64,000 nt of DNA, taken from assembly GCA_964415895.1 (NCBI GenBank), contig CAYQCC010000005.1, positions 875-64,874 on the forward strand, in the 5' to 3' direction. Origin of the DNA: an uncultured Candidatus Saccharibacteria bacterium (GTDB lineage Bacteria > Patescibacteriota > Minisyncoccia > Phycocordibacterales > UBA1006). Position numbers and translations under genes: made by a program. Below are positions 36,145 to 46,292 of the stretch, piece after piece (position 1 is the first letter of the stretch; every line of letters begins with the position of its first letter). The notes below the pieces were generated by a model that did no database searches, was not told where the DNA came from, and worked only from the letters and a program-made list of their open reading frames with translations.

Positions 36145-36632
36145 ATGATTTGTTTTATTAACTAAAATTATAATTTTAATTCCCATAGATTTGCATCCGG
36201 CAGGAAATTTCACTGCCCGATAGATTCAACTCTATGGAGATCCGTATGCGAACACATTCGACGTCGACGTGTTCAGAACAATGTAAAAAGTCGAGACCTT
36301 TTATTATTATTCAAGCGGCATACTCGCTCGCGGCACTAACCCTGTTTTGAGGACGATTAGTACCGCGCGCGTTTTCGACAAGTTTCGAGACAACCTGTGA
36401 ATATACGGAAAAGTATAGCACGGAAATTGCAATACAGGCATATAGTTACAAGTTAATCAAGCAATAATTGCAAGATATTTATAACGGACACACCTATTTA
36501 TAAAATCTGTCCTTTACTATTCCAGAACCCGAATTATATACATATATTGCTATATGCATGAAAATCAAGACGTTCCTACCAGTACTAACGATTCAGCGAC
36601 CAGAATATTACATATATCCGTTCTCTTCAGGT

Positions 36633-37547
36633 TTATACATTTTTCATGGCTAATTTATAAACAGCCCAGCGTTTTTCACCTTCTCGGATTAATACACCAT
36701 GCTGGATTAACTCCTGTAAATCACGTTGAATGGTTTTTTCACTACATCCACGTATATTTTCTGATATGTCCTTTATTGTTACCTGTCCTTTAGATCGGAT
36801 AGTTTTCATAATGGCATCTCGACGCTCTTTTTTATCTTCTCCTGAAAATGGTTTTGTTGGGACCATTGATGGAATACGAAGATCATCATTACTTTTTTGA
36901 ATTGGTTTTATGAACGGTTTTGATATGTTCATACTAGTGTGAATATCTCTCACCACTTTTTCTGATTGAGTCATGGTCTGTAAGACAATGTGTCCTGTCT
37001 CTGATTGTGGTTTTACAATCACAGATTCTGGTGATGCTATTTTTTTATCAGCACTCGTGTCGGTCGAAAATAAATGATCTAGATTTGGCTGAGTTGCTCC
37101 AGTAGTATGAGCTTCAATTTCAGGAACGCGTAATGGATATGTTACTTGTCCTATGCAATAAGCGCTTAATTTTTCATGAACAAATTGTTCTACTTGGCGC
37201 AATTCGTTCAGAATAATATGATAATTCATATCGGACATCAGTCCTGCTGTATGGCACAATTCACATGAATCAATGATATGTCGTAATCCTGTCGATAAAC
37301 GTGCAACATCGTTTGTTGTTACCATTTCAGGCGCATATTCTAGCTGATATGTATCAGATAATGTCTGTGTCGCATATCGCATCAAATGTGCTGATAGTTG
37401 ATATGGGTCACGGACAACGGTAGTAATCAAGGCAACAGCTTGGGCAATTTTACCCATACGTCCCGAGAGTGTTTTAAGAGTCTCCTGGATCACCGGAATC
37501 ACAGAAGGTGTTGGTGTTCCAGACATTGCAGAATCTAGTGTAGTCAT
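36633..37547 (-). CDS. Putative transcriptional regulator with a C-terminal winged-helix (DeoR/HTH_11-like) domain
   Basis: C-terminal ...IMKTIRSKGQVTIKDISENIRGCSEKTIQRDLQELIQHGVLIREG. N-terminal domain unassigned. Confidence 0.5.
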   Translation of the reverse strand: MTTLDSAMSGTPTPSVIPVIQETLKTLSGRMGKIAQAVALITTVVRDPYQLSAHLMRYATQTLSDTYQLEYAPEMVTTNDVARLSTGLRHIIDSCELCHTAGLMSDMNYHIILNELRQVEQFVHEKLSAYCIGQVTYPLRVPEIEAHTTGATQPNLDHLFSTDTSADKKIASPESVIVKPQSETGHIVLQTMTQSEKVVRDIHTSMNISKPFIKPIQKSNDDLRIPSMVPTKPFSGEDKKERRDAIMKTIRSKGQVTIKDISENIRGCSEKTIQRDLQELIQHGVLIREGEKRWAVYKLAMKNV

Positions 37548-37726
37548 GTCCGATAGTATACTGACATTCTGAAAAAAGTCAAAGACATGATTCTTATTAT
37601 TGAAGACATGTTTGCTTCCAAAAAAGTTGAGGTTTACATAATAGAGACACCTTAAAAACAGATTGAGACAACATAATAGTATCTGCGAAACCGTGATATA
37701 CTAGGCCTATTAAACAGATATTTTAT

Positions 37727-39946
37727 ATGGCAAAAAAATTACCTAACAACCCAGGACGTAAAGATTTCAAAAAGACAGATTCCGAATCTGATCACTCACC
37801 AATCTTTAAAAAAATAATAGGTTTCTCAATTGTCTTTATATTAGGATTATTAATGTTCTTGGGAATGGTGACATCGGGTGGGTCTGTTGGGACATTTCTT
37901 TATCACAAAATTGCTCTCGGACTATTTGGGTATGTTGGCGTACTCCTTCCTTTCACTCTTTTCTATGCATCTATTTCCATATTGTTTCCAGAAAAACTAA
38001 CACCTAAAATTGTAGACTGCATTGTGGGATTAATAATAGTAATGTCCGTTACAGGATTATTAGAACTACTAGTTCCCTCTTTAGCCTTAGGTGGATTATT
38101 AGGGACAGGAATTGGAAGCGTTGCCGTATCATTATTTTCTCGCGTTGGCGGAATTGTCGTTTTGTTATTAGCGACATTAATAGGAGTATTAGTATTATTT
38201 AGAACGTCCTTTAATATATTGGAATGGTTGGGTGGATTGTTTAACTCAGAGACAGAAGAATACGAGGAATATTATGAAGAAGATGTCTTTGAAGAAGAGG
38301 TTGAGGAACCGAAAAAACCAACTATTCCTGAAAAGGACATGTTTGAATCATCATTAAAAGACGCCGAGGCAAAAACGGGCAAAAATGAAGTTGTAGAGAA
38401 AAAAGAAGAAGATTTTTCAATTGAATCAATCAGTTTCTCTGATGACTATATATTGCCTCCATTATCGCTACTATCAAAAACTGCTGGGAAATCATCAGTT
38501 GGAGATATCCGTGCACAAGGTAATGTTATCAAACAAACACTCGCAAACTTTGGTATTGATGTAGAAATGGATGAAGTATCGGTTGGACCAACGGTGACGC
38601 GTTATGCAATGAAGCCGGCACAAGGAGTAAAACTTGCGAGGATCACTGCACTAAAACAGGATCTTGCATTGTCACTTGCTGCGCATCCATTGCGTATCGA
38701 AGCACCAATTCCAGGAAAGTCATTGGTTGGAATCGAAATTCCAAACATCAGTAAATCAGTTGTTGGACTGGGAAGTTTACTTGAAAGTGATGAGTTCCAA
38801 AGTTCGTCAGAACGATTACTCGTAGCGCTTGGAAAAGGCGTAACTGGAAGATCCTATTTCTATAATATTGGAAAAATGCCTCACCTGTTGATTGCGGGTA
38901 CGACTGGTTCTGGAAAATCTGTTGTGGTCCACAACTTGATCATGTCATTATTATATAGAAACACGCCAGACGAAGTACGGTTGATTATGGTTGACCCAAA
39001 GCGTGTGGAACTTACTTTGTATAACGACATACCTCACCTACTAACACCTGTTATCAAAGAACCTAAAAAAGCAGTTCTTGCATTAAAATGGGCAGCTAAA
39101 GAAATGGAACGACGATATGATTTATTGGAAAGCCATAAAGTTCGCGATATAAAATCGTATCACGAAAATATCGTCTATCCTGCATACAATGGAAAAGCTA
39201 AAAATACTGAAACATTGCCGGAAAAAATGCCTTACATTGTTATTATTATCGACGAGTTAGCAGACATCATGCAGGCATATCCACGAGAATTGGAATCTGC
39301 AATTGTACGATTGGCACAGATGTCACGTGCAACTGGAATTCACTTAATCCTATCGACACAACGTCCGTCAGTAAACGTAATTACTGGTTTGATCAAGGCG
39401 AACATTCCATCACGATTAGCTCTTCAAGTAGCATCACAAATCGACTCACGAACTATTTTAGATGCACCAGGTGCAGAAAGTCTGCTTGGTCGTGGAGACA
39501 TGCTCTTCCAAGGTTCTGATATGTCAAAACCTGAACGTATGCAAGGAGCAAACCTACCAGAAGATGAAATTAAAAGTGTTGTTGCCTTCATAAAGAAAAA
39601 GAACCCTCGATTGTCAGATCATATTATTATGAGCGAGACGTTAGAAGACGAGAAATCAATTGTAGGAGTCGACTTTGATGACGATGGCGACAATGATGAT
39701 CCATTATATGAAGACGCAAAACGTGCCGTAATTGATGCAGGAAAAGCAAGCACCAGTTACCTACAGCGCAGATTAAAGGTTGGTTATTCTCGAGCAGCAC
39801 GATTGATCGATATCTTGGAAGAACGAGGTATTGTCGGTCCAGCAGATGGTGCACGACCTCGAGAGATCTTGAATACTACCGATCACGCTTCGTTTGAGAA
39901 ACCGCCCGAGATATCCACAGATTTATTTGATGAAGAAGAAGAATAG
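37727..39946 (+). CDS. ftsK: DNA translocase FtsK/SpoIIIE
   Basis: N-terminal 4-TM domain, acidic linker, motor domain with GTTGSGKSV Walker A, and a C-terminal gamma domain. Confidence 0.93.
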   Translation: MAKKLPNNPGRKDFKKTDSESDHSPIFKKIIGFSIVFILGLLMFLGMVTSGGSVGTFLYHKIALGLFGYVGVLLPFTLFYASISILFPEKLTPKIVDCIVGLIIVMSVTGLLELLVPSLALGGLLGTGIGSVAVSLFSRVGGIVVLLLATLIGVLVLFRTSFNILEWLGGLFNSETEEYEEYYEEDVFEEEVEEPKKPTIPEKDMFESSLKDAEAKTGKNEVVEKKEEDFSIESISFSDDYILPPLSLLSKTAGKSSVGDIRAQGNVIKQTLANFGIDVEMDEVSVGPTVTRYAMKPAQGVKLARITALKQDLALSLAAHPLRIEAPIPGKSLVGIEIPNISKSVVGLGSLLESDEFQSSSERLLVALGKGVTGRSYFYNIGKMPHLLIAGTTGSGKSVVVHNLIMSLLYRNTPDEVRLIMVDPKRVELTLYNDIPHLLTPVIKEPKKAVLALKWAAKEMERRYDLLESHKVRDIKSYHENIVYPAYNGKAKNTETLPEKMPYIVIIIDELADIMQAYPRELESAIVRLAQMSRATGIHLILSTQRPSVNVITGLIKANIPSRLALQVASQIDSRTILDAPGAESLLGRGDMLFQGSDMSKPERMQGANLPEDEIKSVVAFIKKKNPRLSDHIIMSETLEDEKSIVGVDFDDDGDNDDPLYEDAKRAVIDAGKASTSYLQRRLKVGYSRAARLIDILEERGIVGPADGARPREILNTTDHASFEKPPEISTDLFDEEEE

Positions 39947-40025
39947 GAGTATACTACTAGCAAATGTGCATTTCTACTTGTTTTAAACGGTTTAATCTAT
40001 TATTTAACAGCTAACTTTGTTTATT

Positions 40026-40421
40026 ATGTCCAAACAGAAAAAGGCAAAAAGTATTTGGTTTATAGGAATGGCTACGCTCGTGGCATTAGTAGGCGTATTC
40101 GTCGCAAGTCGAATTGTTCCTATTATTCGTGGTTCTGAAATCACGCTAAACATTCCACATGACTCTGAAGTATCAGAACCAATCATTGCATTGTCTGGTT
40201 CGGCTCACGATACAAAAAAGCTAAGTATTAACGGCAGTCCAATACTATTGTCCCCTACTGGAACATTCGAACGTACGGTATTGCTTCATCCAGGATATAA
40301 CACAATTACCTTGGACACTGTTGATAAAATCGGACACACAAAAAAACAAAGTTATGCGTTTCTATTGAAAGAACTTGAAACAGGCACATTTGCCCTATCA
40401 AGTCTTCCGAATCAGAACTAG
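40026..40421 (+). CDS. Membrane-anchored hypothetical protein (Ig-like beta domain)
   Basis: Start placed at MSKQKKAKSIWFIGMATLVALVGVF. Confidence 0.45.
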   Translation: MSKQKKAKSIWFIGMATLVALVGVFVASRIVPIIRGSEITLNIPHDSEVSEPIIALSGSAHDTKKLSINGSPILLSPTGTFERTVLLHPGYNTITLDTVDKIGHTKKQSYAFLLKELETGTFALSSLPNQN

Positions 40422-40427
40422 CAAAAA

Positions 40428-40451
40428 AGTCCTTACTTGAAGGACTTTTTT
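40428..40451 (+). terminator. Rho-independent terminator (AAAGTCCTT-acttga-AGGACTTTTTT)
   Basis: Hairpin plus T tract after the stop at 40421. Confidence 0.7.
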
Positions 40452-40491
40452 GTATTCACTAAAATTGACTGCTGAATGATATACTAAAGAA

Positions 40492-41055
40492 ATGAAAACA
40501 TTAATCATAGATAACCATAGTAAACACTTGTCAGAAATCGTACAGATATTTCCAAATTCAAAAGTAGTTTCTCATGAAAACTTGTTGCCCGATCAAGACC
40601 TAAGTCTTTTCAATCTCTTGGTAATTTCAGGCGGGTCAGGAGTTCCGACAGTTAAGCATCATGAAAATTATTATGGAGTCGAGGAACAACTTGTTAGGAG
40701 TTCCCCTATTCCTGTTCTTGGTATCTGCTTAGGTGCAGAAATTATTGTTACAGCGTTTTCAGGCGAGCTCGCAGAGATTTCTACATTACATAAAGGTGAA
40801 ATGGAGCTGCAAATGCAGAACGAATCCTTGCAAAAAGCATTACACCATAATCCATGTATAGTTTACGAGGCGCACTCTGTCTTGATTCAAAAGCTTCCAG
40901 AAAATTTCATTGTCCAAGCAGAATCGAAACATGGTATCGAGGTATTTAAGCATGCAACAAGACCTATTCTGGGTATTCAATTTCATCCAGAAGTTGGAAA
41001 ACATGATGATTTGTGGAACTGGATATTTGATCAATTAAATGTGAGGCGAAACTAG
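40492..41055 (+). CDS. Class I glutamine amidotransferase-like protein (stand-alone GATase1 domain)
   Basis: GICLGAEII nucleophile elbow and GIQFHPE His/Glu motif. Confidence 0.7.
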   Translation: MKTLIIDNHSKHLSEIVQIFPNSKVVSHENLLPDQDLSLFNLLVISGGSGVPTVKHHENYYGVEEQLVRSSPIPVLGICLGAEIIVTAFSGELAEISTLHKGEMELQMQNESLQKALHHNPCIVYEAHSVLIQKLPENFIVQAESKHGIEVFKHATRPILGIQFHPEVGKHDDLWNWIFDQLNVRRN

Positions 41056-41140
41056 TCCTTGAAAATGGGCTTTTTTTATAAAATTTCCATAAAAATCGGG
41101 AAAGTTTGCACGCCTCATAAATATGATATAATGACAGGGT

Positions 41141-42241
41141 ATGCCTAAAAAAGTAACAAAACCTAAAAAAGAAAATGGTGGAGATTTGGACAGTACGTTG
41201 AAGATGATTCAGACGAAGTTTGGTGAAGGCGCTATTATGAAACTTGGCGAAACACCAAAAGTTGATATTGAAGTTGTTTCAACAGGATCAATCGGACTTG
41301 ATGCAGCTCTTGGAATCGGAGGACTTCCCCGCGGACGCATCATCGAGATTTTTGGACCAGAATCATCTGGTAAAACTACATTAACATTACATGTAATTGC
41401 TGAGGCTCAAAAAGCTGGAGGAATCTGTGCATTTATCGATGCAGAGCATGCGATGGATCCAGAATATTCAAAAAAATTGGGCGTGAAAATCGATGACCTG
41501 TTGATTTCACAACCTGATACTGGCGAACAAGCTCTTGAAATCACAGAAGCATTGGTTCGTTCAGGAAAAATCGACGTAGTTGTTATCGACTCTGTTGCAG
41601 CTCTTACTCCAAAAGATGAAATCGAAGGTGATATGGGTGCACACCATGTTGGGAAACAAGCTCGGTTAATGTCTCAGGCATTGCGTAAACTAACTGCAAT
41701 TGCTCACAAAAGTAAAACAGTGATTATCTTTATTAACCAAATCCGAATGCAGATTGGTGTTATGTTTGGAAACCCTGAAACCACACCAGGTGGAAAGGCG
41801 TTGAAATTCTATTCATCAGTTCGTTTGGATATTCGCCGAACTGCACAGATTAAAAAAGGTGAAGAAGTTGTTGGTGCTCGAACAAAAGTTAAAGTTGTAA
41901 AAAACAAAGTTGCCGCTCCGTTCAAGGTAACTGAATTTGATATCATCTATAACGAAGGTATTTCAATGGAAGGCGAAATGCTTGCCCTTGGCGAGAAATT
42001 CGGAATCGTTGGAAAATCTGGTGCGAGTTTCAGTTATATTTCAAAGGACAAGGATGGAAAGGAAGAAAAACTTCCATTAGGACGAGGATATGACGCAACA
42101 CGTCAGTTCTTGCGAACAAAGGAAGGTAAACCTATCCGCGATAAAATATTCAAGGAAATCACAAATCGTATTAAAAATGACGGATTGTCATTTACTGCTT
42201 CAACTTCTGAATCTGATGAAGGTTCAGAGCCAGAAGAATAA
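41141..42241 (+). CDS. recA: Recombinase RecA
   Basis: GPESSGKTT Walker A and the ...[23 protein letters not shown]... loop regions. Confidence 0.97.
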   Translation: MPKKVTKPKKENGGDLDSTLKMIQTKFGEGAIMKLGETPKVDIEVVSTGSIGLDAALGIGGLPRGRIIEIFGPESSGKTTLTLHVIAEAQKAGGICAFIDAEHAMDPEYSKKLGVKIDDLLISQPDTGEQALEITEALVRSGKIDVVVIDSVAALTPKDEIEGDMGAHHVGKQARLMSQALRKLTAIAHKSKTVIIFINQIRMQIGVMFGNPETTPGGKALKFYSSVRLDIRRTAQIKKGEEVVGARTKVKVVKNKVAAPFKVTEFDIIYNEGISMEGEMLALGEKFGIVGKSGASFSYISKDKDGKEEKLPLGRGYDATRQFLRTKEGKPIRDKIFKEITNRIKNDGLSFTASTSESDEGSEPEE

Positions 42242-42252
42242 TTAAACAAAAA

Positions 42253-42277
42253 AACAAGACATTGTCTTGTTTTTTTG
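42253..42277. terminator. Bidirectional terminator (AACAAGAC-attg-TCTTGTT plus TTTTTT)
   Basis: Perfect hairpin with flanking A and T tracts, placed between convergent genes. Confidence 0.8.
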
Positions 42278-42278
42278 T

Positions 42279-43205
42279 TTAATAGCATGACATAGTCATA
42301 TCACACTTTGGATTTATAAGTCGAATCGTTTTTGTTAATCCTCGATAGGAAACCGTCATGGTTGTTTCGGTATCTTCTTTCAATCCTGTTACCAACAACG
42401 CTTGGTTATCTTTTCGACTTATTGTTGCAAGGCTTGGATTGGCGATGGTTGCGGTTAATTCTTTATCTGATGGAGAAATATATAATTTTTTACCGTCAGA
42501 ATAAACCGCTCTCACATATACACTTGCTGGGCTGGATTTTAATTGTGATAGATACATTACACCTGTTGTAAATCCTTCAGAAGGTTCAGGATGTTCTGCT
42601 TGATCTAACAAATCATAATCACCAACATCCAATCTGACAACTGCGTTTTTTGGGGAGATAAGCGTGATTGTTCCAGTAACGCTTTCTTTGTCTTCTGGCT
42701 TAAAGTTTGCCAAATTGTTCATTTGCAATATTCCCAACACGTCCCTGCCAACCTTATCTGGCAAGGTGAGAGTTTCTGTATGAATTCCTAATGACGTATT
42801 CTTATCAATATTCAAGGAACCCTTTTCCAGGGTAAATCCTGGAAGAAAAAGTACGCCAAGCTCTACTGGTTTCAATATCTCGTACCGCAGCGTAATCTTT
42901 GAACCTGCTTCAAATTGATCTCCCGATTTCGGACTAATAATTCGTATTCTGCTGGTTTCAACGAACGAGCCGTTTGGGATCTCTTTTGGCGGGACATAGC
43001 TTGCGGCAAATCGTTTTTCCATTTCTTCTGGAGATTCCTTGACTGAAGTATTGTTAGCACTTTCGCTATCCTTTTGAATTTCCTGAGGTTGTTGTTCGGC
43101 AGAATTATCGGTAGCTGGATTTGTTCTTGATTTACTTTCTTGATATAAGAAATATCCACCAATCCCTATTCCAATAACAAATATCACAACGATTATTTTT
43201 TTCAT
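42279..43205 (-). CDS. Membrane-anchored hypothetical protein with a C-terminal Ig-like domain
   Basis: 308 aa with one N-terminal TM helix. Confidence 0.5.
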   Translation of the reverse strand: MKKIIVVIFVIGIGIGGYFLYQESKSRTNPATDNSAEQQPQEIQKDSESANNTSVKESPEEMEKRFAASYVPPKEIPNGSFVETSRIRIISPKSGDQFEAGSKITLRYEILKPVELGVLFLPGFTLEKGSLNIDKNTSLGIHTETLTLPDKVGRDVLGILQMNNLANFKPEDKESVTGTITLISPKNAVVRLDVGDYDLLDQAEHPEPSEGFTTGVMYLSQLKSSPASVYVRAVYSDGKKLYISPSDKELTATIANPSLATISRKDNQALLVTGLKEDTETTMTVSYRGLTKTIRLINPKCDMTMSCY

Positions 43206-43243
43206 ATGATTATTATATCATAAGAAAAACGCAATAAATGCGT

Positions 43244-43828
43244 TTAGTTCTTTTCTGCACGTTCTACATATTCACCAGTATCAGTGTTTACTTTCACAAC
43301 GTCTCCTTCGTTAATAAACAAAGGTACGCTGATTTCTGTCCCATTTTCAAGTACGACTGTTTTTGAAGCACCTTGTGATGTATTCCCTTTTACTGCTGGA
43401 GCTGCCTCTTTTACTTTCAAATCCATTTTTACAGGAATAGATAGTCCGATGATTTGTTCTTCGTCATCATCGTTGGTAAAAATAACTGCGTCGTAATTAT
43501 TATTTTCGCGGATCCATTTAATCGTATCACCCAATGTATCCCGAGAAATAGTAAATCGGTCAGCTGGTTTTCCATCGTGATGAAACCAGTACTCACCTTT
43601 CGCTTCGTAAATAAATTTAACAGGAGATTTTCGCATATCAGCCTCGTCAACTTTTTCAGTTGCTTGGAATGAAACTTCTACTACACGACCCGTGATAAGG
43701 TTGCGTAATTTAGTTGCGTTTACTGGCTTTCGCATTTGTTTACGAAATACGTGAGATGTTAAAACTTCATACGGAGCATCGTCATGAATAATATATTTTC
43801 GTGGCACAATTTCGTTGTAATCTAGCAT
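43244..43828 (-). CDS. efp: Elongation factor P
   Basis: Start placed at MLDYNEI. KPGKG-like loop region and three OB/KOW domains. Confidence 0.9.
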   Translation of the reverse strand: MLDYNEIVPRKYIIHDDAPYEVLTSHVFRKQMRKPVNATKLRNLITGRVVEVSFQATEKVDEADMRKSPVKFIYEAKGEYWFHHDGKPADRFTISRDTLGDTIKWIRENNNYDAVIFTNDDDEEQIIGLSIPVKMDLKVKEAAPAVKGNTSQGASKTVVLENGTEISVPLFINEGDVVKVNTDTGEYVERAEKN

Positions 43829-43872
43829 GATATAAGTAGTACGTTTTGAGTAAATAATGCAAAGGCGGCGCT

Positions 43873-43918
43873 GAAATCGAGCCGGCATGCCGGCGAAGCC
43901 GAGGACGAAGTCCGAGGG
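43873..43918. repeat. GC-rich repeat, family C copy: GAAATCGAG-CCGGCatGCCGG-CGAAGCCGAG-GACGAAGTCCGAGGG
   Basis: Seen directly. Lies 45 nt upstream of the efp start. Confidence 0.5.
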
Positions 43919-44069
43919 AATTATTGAAGCAACGGCTTTGTATTATTTACGGAATAGCAACGTTATTAAATGAATAATACCCTAATCCTACCCATTTTTC
44001 AGTTTTTATCAAGCAGTAAAATTAAAGAGCCATGCAATATGCATGGCTCAGTTTTATTTGTGATTGTAA

Positions 44070-46154
44070 TTAAAATTTGACCACTTCTTTTCTTGCATAA
44101 TCATTGTCAGTTTCAATAGTTATAATGTAAATGCCTGCTGGCTTATCCATTATATCTACTTGGTTTGAGAATGATTTGGCCTTGAACACTACCTGCCCTG
44201 AAACATCATAAACGGTTATTTCTCCTTTTTCAATTCCTTGAATGTTTATTAATCCATTATTGGGAACCGGAAAGATCGAAACTTGCTCTGAAATGTTATT
44301 TCGGATGCCTGTCACTATGTTGTTTCGCTTAACGCGTGGCAATGTTACGAATATCGACAATCCATTTGCGTTTCTTAAATTGTACCCGATTTCGTAATCA
44401 CCCGGCGGATGGTTGAACGGAATACTCATGCCATTTGTTATTCCATATCCAACATCTACCGTGTCAAAAAAAGTTTGACCGGTCGTGACATTATAATACG
44501 TGAAGTACAGTACTGTACTTACACAATATGCGTCACCGGAAATTGAAATTGTTGGATTCGCTGATGTTGCAAATCCAACAGGACTTACTTGATAAGAAAC
44601 TGAATCAGTGCTTCCATTATATGTAGGAGCGCTGATAGCAGTAGAGAATGCCATTACGCCGTCTGTTGACCACGTAACGATCCTCCAATAATACCTTCCT
44701 TGCGTTCTTGGCGCAGATTCCGAATACGTGCCCTGATTGGATGTGTCAGTAACGAAAAATGACCTAGTCGTATCGCGCATATTTACGGCATTGCTGTCAT
44801 TAAATGCGCGAATAATTGCAGCGCGACCTGTGCCACTTATCGCATAGCCTGCCAAATCGATGTGACCGCAATAGGTCACCGGCGCAGGGTTGGTCTTGAA
44901 ATAAGCTACCGGCGCTGGTGCCAAAATTCTTCGTAAAGTTCTGATCGCGCCAGAAATCGAGTCAACATGAACCGAATCATTGATAATGATTGCAAATCTA
45001 TACAATGTGCCCTGAGTTCCCGCAAATGCATAGCTGTAGATTCCGTTGGTATTTGCCTGTATCACGGGTGATATTTGCAACTGAGCGCCTGTTGAATCTT
45101 TTTTCACAAATTTAATACTTGCGTGAAAAGTGCCCAATGTAATGGTTGCAAAAATCCTAAACGAATCAATGTAAGCAGTTGCCGACGTGTTTGAAATCAG
45201 GCCGAAATTATACGGTTTTGTCCTGATTGTTCCTCTGAACGTATCAGTTCCAATCGCATTCCAAATGATTACTTGGTACGAGTACGGACTGTTTCCCATT
45301 AAGCCTGTGGCAACATACGGATATAAACCAGATACGTTCGCAGGGATTATAGAAGAAGTTCTCACTACCGTGCCAGACGAATCCTTCACGGTAACCTGTA
45401 AATTACCAGCATACGTTCCTATGCCTACGTCCATCAAAAGTTTGATCGAATCCATGCCTGAAGTTGCCGTAACACCTCTAATGGTGTCTTTGGCAAAGCT
45501 TGGAGTGATAAAGGAATCGCAATTAATCAGCCTGTCGCCTAGTAAATCAGAATGAATCCATATACAATATGTGATTTCATCCTGAGCATTTGGAGTGTTT
45601 AAATGGAGTGTCCCTGTCGTTGTTCCATTGGCGCGGATCGTGTCGTCAGAATAGTCGTCGAATAAGATTCCATAGTTGGCGTGAATATAAAAACTATCAC
45701 GCGTTCCTGTAGCAACGGCGCTAATGATTAATTCGCTTGTTCCGATCTTTGGTATTTCCTGAACCGTCACGGTTGGAAATACCGGATACGCCTTCGTTGT
45801 GAAGGTGTACGGCTGGCAAATCACAGTGTCTCTTGCGGAAGAAGTGTCTGAGATTGTCACCGCATACATGTACGTCGTTGATGACATCAGGTTGCGCGCG
45901 CCAAGAGATCGATTTGATCCTATAGTGCTCGCCATGATACTGTCAGCCGCAATCCATGCGGAATCAATGCCTTTTTTTACCAGAAGCTTTTCTTTGTGAT
46001 TGCCTACAATAGAAGTGGCTGTCACTTTGTAAACTACTCTTGCCGTATCGTAGCCTATATTGCTGGAATTAGGCGGAAGCCACGTTATTGTGGTGTTTGC
46101 GAATGCGCATGCGGATATCATAATCAACATCAGCGCTAAGTACTGTTTTTTCAT
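44070..46154 (-). CDS. Large secreted beta-repeat protein with a C-terminal T9SS-type sorting-domain-like tail
   Basis: Signal peptide; C-terminus ...ITVYDVSGQVVFKAKSFSNQVDIMDKPAGIYIITIETDNDYARKEVVKF resembles the Por/T9SS C-terminal domain consensus. Confidence 0.55.
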   Translation of the reverse strand: MKKQYLALMLIMISACAFANTTITWLPPNSSNIGYDTARVVYKVTATSIVGNHKEKLLVKKGIDSAWIAADSIMASTIGSNRSLGARNLMSSTTYMYAVTISDTSSARDTVICQPYTFTTKAYPVFPTVTVQEIPKIGTSELIISAVATGTRDSFYIHANYGILFDDYSDDTIRANGTTTGTLHLNTPNAQDEITYCIWIHSDLLGDRLINCDSFITPSFAKDTIRGVTATSGMDSIKLLMDVGIGTYAGNLQVTVKDSSGTVVRTSSIIPANVSGLYPYVATGLMGNSPYSYQVIIWNAIGTDTFRGTIRTKPYNFGLISNTSATAYIDSFRIFATITLGTFHASIKFVKKDSTGAQLQISPVIQANTNGIYSYAFAGTQGTLYRFAIIINDSVHVDSISGAIRTLRRILAPAPVAYFKTNPAPVTYCGHIDLAGYAISGTGRAAIIRAFNDSNAVNMRDTTRSFFVTDTSNQGTYSESAPRTQGRYYWRIVTWSTDGVMAFSTAISAPTYNGSTDSVSYQVSPVGFATSANPTISISGDAYCVSTVLYFTYYNVTTGQTFFDTVDVGYGITNGMSIPFNHPPGDYEIGYNLRNANGLSIFVTLPRVKRNNIVTGIRNNISEQVSIFPVPNNGLINIQGIEKGEITVYDVSGQVVFKAKSFSNQVDIMDKPAGIYIITIETDNDYARKEVVKF

Positions 46155-46292
46155 CTTCTTTTAATTATTGTTTTGAATGATTTAATATTTTAAATGTAAA
46201 TGTACGGATTTTTCAGTCCTAATCACAATATTAGCACGATATTACGAAAAGTCAAGTACCTTCGTAGCTGCCTGTTTGGTATAATAAGGCTT

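Noticed and set aside
36190-36330. Possible tmRNA, because of ATTCGACG-like sequence near a GC-rich structured region
   Set aside because: No tRNA-like T-arm (GGTTCGAATCC or its complement) and no ANDENYALAA-type tag reading frame on either strand.
42872-43162. 96-aa ORF nested in gene 42279-43205
   Set aside because: Same-strand alternative frame inside a longer, better-supported ORF.
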